A stretch of DNA of 64,000 nucleotides from Pecten maximus (Eukaryota), in the NCBI RefSeq assembly GCF_902652985.1, contig NC_047017.1:18476001-18540000 (forward strand), in the 5' to 3' direction. Made by a program: the position numbers and the translations under genes. The notes under the pieces are model-generated. The model worked only from the letters and a program-made list of their open reading frames with translations. It made no database searches and was not told the origin of the DNA. How positions within the stretch are numbered: position 1 is the stretch's first letter; the number at the start of each line of letters is the position of its first letter. Shown here one piece after another: positions 54,901-64,000 of the stretch.

Positions 54901-56052
54901 TTGACCTTTGGCCTACATAACAGAAAAAGATCTTCTACACTACTTGTCTTTGGAACTTCATACTTGGGGCATGAGTTCACTAAAGTGTGATGGTGTGTCA
55001 TGTATCAAAAGTGTCACTCTGACATGCATTTTGACCTTTGACCTACATCCATTAGGGTTTTGATTATGCTTGTTAAATATATATACATGTATATCTTTAT
55101 TTTTACACAGAGAGTGCAAAAACAACTCAAGAAAATGAAGAATGCAGAGAAAAAACAAGACCTTCATTACCTACTTAATCGTATGGTAAGAAAGTTATAG
55201 ATGATACATTTACTGGTATTCAAAAATTAAAATAAAAGTTAAACTAACACACCTACTACAATCCTACAAAGTCATATATGAAATGTGCCCCTATTACAGT
55301 GAAGATAAAGGTCATGAACTAAGGTCAAATGTGTTTTCTTCCAGATCAGTACATGTTTGTTGGAAGATTATTTTTTGAGAGTTTGTTTACATTTTTACTT
55401 TGATGTCATATTGCAGAGGTATAAAAGAATTTATAATAAATTTTCATTATTAAAAAACCTGTTATATGTAGTAATTTTATGACTCCCCAGAAACAACAAG
55501 AAATGGCTACAGACCAGAAACAAAAGAGACAAGACCTAGAAAAAAAGTGGAAGACAAAGGAGAAGGAAAGAGTGAAGGAAGGAAAGAATCCATTTTATCT
55601 CAAGAAAGGTAAAAATCTGCTTTATATGTACTTTGGCGTGTTTCTTGTGATTACAGTTATGTACAATTCCAGGATATTGTTTCATCCATTTAGTTCTTTG
55701 TAGAAATTCTGCATGTGGCAATATTTCTGGTAATTGTATTTGTAAATCATGTCGGTAGATAGGTAAAAGTAATATATTTCAGAAATATTTGAAATACATT
55801 TATATTGAGCTTGTTCCTGTATCCATGAATAATTGAGATATTGTTCAGTTGTGTTGAAATGAATAAATGTGTTCATATCACTTTGTTTCTTTATTTTCAG
55901 GAGATCTGAAGAAATTAGAATTAGCAGAGAAGTACAGAGAGCTCAAGAAATCAGGAAAAGTTGACAATTACCTCAGTAAAAAGAGAAAGAAAACTGCCTC
56001 AAAAGAAAAGAAGAAGTTACCTTTACCAGCAAAACATTTTGGATTTACATAA
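51941..56052 (+). CDS. RRP36: Ribosomal RNA processing protein 36 homolog, ~339 aa, 9 coding exons
   Basis: Exons 51941-52288, 52683-52698, 53160-53220 (MPFEDLIKLKERLGTK), 53833-53910, 54099-54165 (RPMEMSSKR), 54533-54637 (RDPRFDDLSGEF), 55111-55185, 55491-55608 (GKNPFYLKK) and 55901-56052. In-frame stop upstream of the ATG; AATAAA at ~56064. Confidence 0.93.
53357..53495 (+). mobile_element. Degenerate V-domain SINE fragment
   Basis: GGTGGCAGTGGTAAC...GGTTTGATTCCC followed by GTGGGTTTTCTGTGGGTACTCTGGTTTCCTCC. Confidence 0.65.
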
Positions 56053-58621
56053 TTTAAATTTTCAATAAAACTTTAAATACAAAAAATACTTTGTTTCTCA
56101 TCAGGATTCACATTACATCAAAAAGGTGTCAGATACAGGTACATTTCGAATTCAGTGGAATCCCATCACACCTGCAAGTTAGAACAAACATTGTATTGAT
56201 AATACAACCTTGTCCAAATGATTAAGACAGTCAATCTTTTGGTTAGCTAAATTTACCGGAAAAATTTCAAAAGATGTGCTGCTTGTATTACTGCTACCTA
56301 CTACTCTATGAAGTACTTCAATTCATAATTAACAGTATCCCTTCCGTTTTTCAATTCTCAAAATCCAAGATGGCTGCATCTGGCATATATCATCAGATGG
56401 TTGGCCATTCAAATCGCCCTGCGTCCATGGCCTACAGGTGGCAGTGCCATCTTGAATTTTGAGAATTGAAGTTTGTTATTACTATTTCTTGAAAAATACT
56501 GGAAGGATATTTCTCAGCCTTCTTGTGTAGGTTCCCCTTGGTCCCTAGTTTAATTTTTGGTCAGAGAAACATATTGGCCAACAGCAGCCACCTTGGATTT
56601 TGAGAATTGAAATTTGTTATCACTTTATTCTTTATTTAAAAATTGAAGGGATATTTCTCAAACTTCAAATGCAGGTTCCACTTATTCTTGTTATCACATC
56701 ATTAAGAGAAAAAGAAGACAAAATGGAAAAATAGACAAGATCAAAGAAGACCGAATGGAAAAATAGACAGAAGATCAAAGAAGACTGAATGGAAAAATAT
56801 AGAGAAGATCCTTATGACATATAGAACCAATAAAGATCATTTTACGGATGGCGCAAATGCAAGATCCCTCTGCCAACGTTACTATGCTCAAATTTTACAT
56901 TATATTCAAACGAGCAATTTGAATATGTAAATTGAATATCATCTCCACACTACAAGTACATTCAACAGTACCTCTCCCTCTCTCCATGGCAGGTATATTT
57001 GAAATAACAAATTGTTATGCCTAGTACAAATATTTTACCAACACCATATTTAACGATAACTGATATTCCTCACAAAAACCTTGACTAAAATACCAGAATC
57101 AATACCGGGTATACAAGGCTGATAGGTTAATGGAATTATGTCTGACAAAGTTGGCAAAATGAAACTGTTCCAGTCACAGGGGTCAAATTTTTTGAAACAC
57201 ATCTAAATTGTTTTGTTTACCTGAAATGCAGAGAATTATCCAAGAAGTGAATACCTAGTGAGCAATGTAGTCTTGTTATCACTTCTAGGCACGATGTGGA
57301 ACCTTCACATGAAATTTCAGGAAGATCATTCCAGCACTTGGGAAGTGATATCACGAATTGTACAGTCTGATGAAGGATGGACATTTACAAAGGGCGATTT
57401 GAACAGTCAAACATCTAATACTCTAGCCATGCAGGCTAAAAATATTGAATACCAAAAAAATGTTGTTTTAAGTAATATTTATTTCCATCTCTCTATCACA
57501 AACATACACAATTTCATGTCAGTTAATATCACACTTTTCACATACATGTACCCAAAAGTCATTCTGTCAAGCACTATAAACAGGATCAGATACAATTTTA
57601 GCCATAACCAATGAAGTGCAATGACACTACCGACATATTTTTAATAAAATGTCTAGCTCTAATCACGGCCTTGTATTAATGCACTACACTAGTACTATTA
57701 CCAAACACAAATCCTTCTTTAATTGAAAAGTTAACAATTGTAATACTGCTAAATGTTTTTGTTTGTTTGTATATCGGGTTTTTTTTCTGATTTTTATGAA
57801 AACAAACACATTAAATGATGATTTAAGGGCTAATTTTTGTGATCAATATAAAATGAAACTATATCACAAATATTGTTTTACTGGTATATCTGATATACTG
57901 CAAAGATTTTTTATTTGTGATATATTTGAAAATATGATTGATGGAAATCTGATTTATACTGTATTAACCTATTCTTGCGATTCTTAACTGAAAGTGACTG
58001 CATGGTGTCATAATCATTGTTGTAAATATATTATTTAGCTGTAAGACAATGTGATTAATGACTATAAACAATAGTTGAATGCAGCTTAATTATTGTCTAG
58101 GAACAACTTTAAAAAAAAAAAAAAAAAAAAACCGCTCATGCATTTCACAGCCACAAGAATAAGAGAACAGGGTATACAATGAAATGTCATGAACATCAAA
58201 ACAGCAAGAGAATTTCTTGTCTTCTGTCTGGATCTACCACTACAAAATGGTTGGAATCACAAAATATAATGGATGATTACAAACAATATATTCTGTAATA
58301 TATCTTCTCATGCACGAGACCTTTCAATTCAGGTAGGAATCCTTACCAAGCCTTCTGAAAACTATCACACAGAATACACAGTCGAGTCCCTCGATGATCA
58401 GTGTAAAAAGATATGATGAGCTTTGAACAAATGATATTAAGAAGGCCGAGTTCAAAGTGCAACCTGTTCTTAGTCACAATCAATATGCCAAAATGTGCCT
58501 GTTTGTAAGTACTAGGTCCCATTGCTAAACTTTAATTCCACTAATCTTCATCACACTTTTATACAGATCTCCAAGGTCACAAGATAAATGTCTTTAAGAT
58601 GGTCTATATACAGAACATATG

Positions 58622-61272
58622 TTACACTTTTACAGCTTCTTTTTCTTTCATCCTTAAGTACTTTGCTTCCAATTCCTCCTTTCGTCTCAATGCTTGTTCC
58701 TCTACCACCTTTTCTCTTTCTATAAGAAATTGTTCGTATTCAACGGGATCCAAGTCTTTCACAATCTCCAGTCCTAAGGAATGAGCACTGCCTATAATCA
58801 TCTTACAGATGTTCTGAAGTGAAAATCTATCCAAAGTTCCTTCAGTCTGCTTTATCTGGGCAATTTCATAGACATGTCTCAATGTTATTTTTCCTGCTAC
58901 TTCTTGACCTAAGTGAAACAGTAAACATAAACAACATTAAATCTACATATTTACATACTAACTAATTTTAGTATTAGATATGGATATAGAGGCCACTGTC
59001 CTGTATCCATCATTTTTCATATATTATCATATCAAACATTTGTTTCCTCTCTCCTATAATTAGATAAATTCATTGATATCATGTTTGACTGTTTTTAGCA
59101 GCATAAGTGTACCTTCAGTATCAACACAGGTGTCTGCTTCTGGTTAGTATTCATAGAAAAAAAAGTATTAGCCCCTACTCTTTTATCTGCAGTCAATGAC
59201 TCGCCAGATATAACGACTGCTTTTGATCCATTTTCTCACCTTTAACTCATTGTCACACAACAGAATGATAATATGCATTGATTTTTAAGGATTCTTAAAA
59301 AAGGTATGTTTCTGAAGTTTGTGTGCATTTGATATTTTAGTTGGATTGAACTGCAATTCAAAGTGAATCAAAGCTCATCCCCTCCCCCACTTCCGACCTT
59401 TCCTTGTGGATATAGGAGTATAGGCTTTTTTTTAATACTACCAATACTAACTAGAAGCAGAAGCCTGTGGTATCAACACTCATCCTCGATATATACATTT
59501 GTATATGCAGGGAGTGAAACTGAATGTAAAGACAGTTGTGGATGTCAAGTTATCAAACCAAGCCTTAGTACATGTACTTTATAAATTGATACATTTATTC
59601 CACATTGCCACATGGATCCATTTGCAAAAAAATATATATATTTAGAAATTCTACAGAACTACTTAAAATTACCTGGGGATTGGGCTCCCTTACTAATTCC
59701 AGCAGCACTACATAAAAAATAGGTTGTGGTTGGCATAGTATGCTTGATGTCGATACTCCGATCTCCCTAAAGAAGTAAAAACAAATATTAAAACAAATGT
59801 TAATAGTTGATATTATATTCAAATGATAAAGTGCACCACCAAATCACAATATTGTAACACAGTTACACACAAAACAGACAAGAAATGGAATCCCAGGATG
59901 GAACACAATACCAATTTATAAATAGACTGCATAAATATACTATTAATATAGTGCATACTCAATGAGTACACCATCATTTCTTAGCTGTTTCTTTGATTTG
60001 ATTTTAGGCAAACAGATCATGATGTTTCTGCATGGTCTGGTGTCAATATTCTAAAGTTTCTGTAATAAATTTTGGTGATACTTCAACTTCAATGAGAGAG
60101 GCTTAAGCCTATTTAAAATTCCAACCTTATTTCATTTACATCATACATATTTGTGTGATGACGACAGTATACTCTTAGTCTGATTGAGTCCCAATCCCCC
60201 TCCCATATTGTGCCTCGACTTCCTTCTATATAACAGCTTAATTTTTTATCACATGATGAGCATTCTTTGATTCAGTCCATTCACTGTTTCTTGACAATAA
60301 TCAAGCTGAATCTTTACCCTTAATTTGATCCAAGTTGGCAAAGGCAGTCCTTCTTTGATGTTGCTTGTCATGTCATTAAACTGCTTACAAAATTCTGAAA
60401 TTTGTATTCCATGCTGTAAAAGAAAGAACAAAGTCAAACATATTCTAAGAATACCAGAATCAAGAACACAATAGTAAAATGTGTGTATGTTTTTTCACAT
60501 ATCCTCATAGTACATCCACAAGAGGCCCATTGGGACTGTATTACTTACACGACAGCCATTCATCCTTGGACCTCTTGAATATTTATAGTTATTTTAAAAT
60601 TGTAACAAATTTGATCCCTGTGATCTTGAACCTTTTCTTGCAAGAGCTCAAACCACATGTCACTATCGTATTGCTATGTATACATTAAAATTTTCTGTTT
60701 ACCCTATGACACTGATCAAAAGGCCAAACCTGTGTTCAAACTGAAGTTTGAAGATTGCTGCATAGAATGATTATGTGTCTCAACATTATTTAAATTATTA
60801 ATTATCAAATGGTTTTTAACACACTCATAAATCAATGATCAGCCATGAAAATAGTTCTTAAAATTGAGGTTTTGTGAGGTGAAGGTCATAGTTAAAGGTC
60901 AGAAGTCATTGCTTTGTCAGTACGACACAAAAGTAAACAAAACACATAAGTAGTTATGTAAGATGTGACATGTTTTTAAATATATATTATCATCGAAAAT
61001 GGGTTATTCTTTTTGTATGCATGACAGTTACTAGTGTCAGTAATCTGGTACAGTACTCAGTAGTCTTGCTCTTTTAGGTCCTCAAGTTGGCTCAACTATG
61101 AAATCATATAAAATTGACTAACCTGTCCTAACGCTGGACCTAATGGTGGAGATGGAGTAGCTTTTCCTGCTTGTATTGTTGCTCTTAGCACTGAACCCGA
61201 CTCTACATTAACTGCCTTTTTCAAGCTTTTGGCCCCCTTAGCTATGGCCTTCACTTTTCCGCGAGCCCCCAT
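58622..61272 (-). CDS. MRPL11: Mitochondrial large-subunit ribosomal protein uL11m, 208 aa, 4 exons
   Basis: Exons 61272-61123 (IQAGKATPSPPLGPALGQ), 60413-60318 (FCKQFN...EGLPLP), 59766-59673 and 58908-58622 (GKITLRHVYEIAQIK...GSAHSLGLEIV) sum to 627 nt. Confidence 0.96.
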
Positions 61273-61529
61273 GCTGTCGTCTTAAAAAGTTAGATTTATC
61301 TCCCTTAGCGGAAACTAACTTTTTTCAAGTTTACCTTTGTTTCAAAGGTTTTTTTTTTTTTTTTCAAATTCATATCAACAAAAACTGTCAGTATGGAACT
61401 CACTATGATGATAAAATATTGTTTTAGTGATGATTGTAAATATACGATTACATAATAATAAGAGAGTAAAATAAATTTTAAATCAACCTCTTGAGATCAA
61501 GGTAATTTATCATAATAACCAAGATGGCG
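61273..61529. promoter_or_regulatory. Compact bidirectional promoter for MRPL11 and the SAP-domain gene
   Basis: Only 251 bp separate the divergent ATGs. YY1-type AAGATGGCG overlaps the + strand ATG; GCGGAAA at ~61307. Confidence 0.6.
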
Positions 61530-63399
61530 TCTGTTCCCACACCGGAGGAACTGAAAAAGTTCAAAGTTGTTGAATTGAGGGAAAAACTATCTAATTTGGA
61601 GCTACCAACGGCAGGTGGGTTACTGCAATAAAAAAGCTATTTGGACAACTATCAACTCATTATGTCGTGTCAACATGTAATAAGAATTTAACCATTCCCT
61701 TCATCATGAGCCTTGAAACGTTGTTCCGACGCGTAGCACATGTACTTATAATTACGGTACCGGTAAATTTGTAAGGTTGGCATCTGATCAGAGTTAAGAC
61801 TTAGACATTAAGTTAACCTGAACTACTTATTTTAACTGTCATTCTTGATTGATAACAAGGATGGAAGTCAGAGCTTTTGATGAAGATCATTTTGGTCCAT
61901 TGACAAGACATTTCAGCCAAAAATTGTCAAACTTTAGCTCGCCGGGCAGAAGTCCATTGGAGCTATTGCTATACCGTTAGTGTCGTATATAGACAGCTTT
62001 GTGTAGGTGCTATCAGGTTGAGGGAAACCGCCAACTTGTGTATAATACACGAATTGACGTATTGTACGCCAGTTCGAGTATATGGATCTGTTACTAAAAA
62101 TAGACAAAACCGATGAAACTATATTTCTTGATGACAATTTCATTAACGACAAGGTAAGTAATATTTTATTTTAAAATGTTTACTGAATGCGTTGTCTACC
62201 TAGAAACTTTATTTTCCTTTACCAGGAGTATTGCATCAATTTTTGGTACTTTCCAACGTGCAAATGATTTTTATTTGTGCATTTGAATTGTGTAGCGGAA
62301 CTGGACTGGGTCAATCATCTGCGACCAGTTAGCTCAGTGGTAGAGTGTCCGTCTAGAGTTCGGAGGGTCCCAGGTTCCAAACTGGTCTGGCTGCTACATT
62401 TTCCTCATCCTTTTACATAATTGGCGAGCTTGCCTACCCTTAAGCTTGTTTAAAGCATCAGAAGTATGCTTACCAACAAGGGGATATCCGAACAAGTGGT
62501 CTTCAGGGGCAAAGACTTGAAAAAAAGGAGGGAGTAATGTAACAGAACTGGACTAGGTCGATCATTGGCGACCAGGTAGCTTAGTGGTAGAGTGTCTATC
62601 TAGAGTATGGTCCCGGATTCGAAACCCCAGTCTGGCTGCTACATTTTCTCCTTCTGTTACATTTGTATGATGATTTGTGACAAAATAAATGCGACTTGGA
62701 CAAATGTTTTTAAAAAAGTTAACTTTAGAGTGATTTTGGCTAATTTTAGTAACAAAACTACATCTCAGTTGGCTTATATTATAATACGCAAGATGGCAAC
62801 CTGACTAATGAAGACATAAAGCTCAGATACTTAATTTGATTGATCCTTGTAACAAGACCTTTCATTAATATTAGCCCGACTTTCCTCTAGCCCTTACACA
62901 ATGTCTTGAGTAAGACCAGGATGCACTACTACATGTATATGAAAACGTGGAATTCTCAATAAAATCGGACGTGACATAACAACTACCTTACATTTTTGGT
63001 TAAATGAGATATTTTTTTACCCCAAAACACCAATTTAGTCCCAAATCAATGTTCTGTTCCATCCATATAGACCCAAAAAATAAGGTAAGTGTTATGTCAT
63101 GCCCAATTTTTTTGAAAGATATAATTGGCAACTTGCAGTACAATTGTTCACCTGTTGATTCAAAAATATAATTATATATCATTTCCTGTAATTGTAATGT
63201 CTATCTGGAACTCTAAAGCCTTGGTATATACATGTAACAAATTTATCATAATGTCTAGCTGGAAATTAATTATATATATATTAAAATACTATAAAATATA
63301 CCTGGTATATATAGTGATTATTACACAATTAAATTTTACCTTTTTATTTCAGGTTTGAAAGCAGAGCTCATCACAAGATTACACAACTACTATGTTCAG
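61524..63399 (+). CDS. N-terminal SAP-domain protein (hnRNP U-like/SARNP/SAFB class), first two exons; continues beyond the window
   Basis: Exons 61524-61614 and 63353-63399 splice to MASVPTPEELKKFKVVELREKLSNLELPTAGLKAELITRLHNYYVQ, which fits the SAP consensus. Confidence 0.85.
62291..62661 (+). mobile_element. TRIM (miniature LTR retrotransposon) with tRNA-like LTRs, Helenus-like
   Basis: 5' LTR 62291-62417 (TGTAGCGG...TTACA), PBS-like TGGCGAGCTTGCC 62422-62434, PPT GAAAAAAAGGAGGGAG 62519-62534, 3' LTR 62538-62661. LTRs contain TAGCTCAGTGGTAGAG and a B box. Flanks ATTG/TTTG. Confidence 0.8.
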
Positions 63400-64000
63400 G
63401 TAATTGCTGTAAAAAATGAATAACACCATTATAATTATTCTATTCTGTAAATTATAATTGCAAGGAGTTATACAACTCTCTTGCTCATCATATCAAATTT
63501 AAAGCTAATCTTAGACATTTTTTTTGTCAAAGAGATGGGCCAGAAATTTGGTAATCCTGCAGAATTGATACAATGTATGGTACACACTATTTAATAGGTA
63601 TTTCCTGCTTCTATGCAATTTAATATTATATGTTAGTGTAAATAGGTTTTGAAGATTTAAAAAAATGGACTCCCACAATATAGATGGCTCAACATACATC
63701 ATAAGTTGTTGTTTTTCTTCAGACATACTGGGGTTTGTATTAACATTTAGAATGAATATATTCACCGAATATCATGTATAAAAAGAATTTAAACACATGA
63801 ATAATTACATTTTAGTTGTAAGTTACTGGCCACAATGATGCATGATAAATCATAGAAATATATGATGTTCACTGTTATGGACATACTCATGAATATTCTT
63901 TTATTATAAGTGAATTTTGTATCCGTTGTCTTTGTGTGTCACTAACATATACTGTCAATTATTCCTGACACTGGTTTAATTTATCTCACATGAGAACTCA

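Noticed and set aside
50575-62661. Genuine tRNA genes at the A/B-box sequences (also 10865-11345, 15980-16070, 35780-35863)
   Set aside because: No complete cloverleaf with a paired acceptor stem was evident, and the sequences are embedded in SINE, TRIM or tandem-repeat structures.

Overview
AT-rich animal genomic DNA, probably a bivalve mollusc (inferred from the four-CRD galectins and the repeat families). From left to right it holds: two tandem + strand quadruple-CRD galectin genes with identical intron positions (gene 1 is 5'-truncated; gene 2 is complete, 12 exons, about 549 aa); a single-exon GT31 beta-1,3-galactosyltransferase broken by one +1 frameshift; cornichon (-); a ~2.65 kb tandem duplication carrying what may be a decayed gene; a head-to-head WDR92/DNAAF10 (-) and RRP36 (+) pair; and a head-to-head MRPL11 (-) and SAP-domain gene (+, 3'-truncated) pair. 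Introns and spacers contain tRNA-derived SINEs (V and CORE types), MITEs, a deleted mariner, a Sola-like element and a 2.4 kb 30-bp minisatellite with a bZIP-type site in nearly every unit. Two miniature LTR elements (TRIMs) have tRNA-like Pol III promoters in their LTRs. The most interesting leads are the linkage of galectin 'readers' to a beta-1,3-Gal 'writer', the tRNA-LTR TRIMs with different primer-binding sites, and domain-specific changes in galectin sugar-binding residues. All exon coordinates were read by eye from GT/AG sites and frame continuity; no database searches were run.
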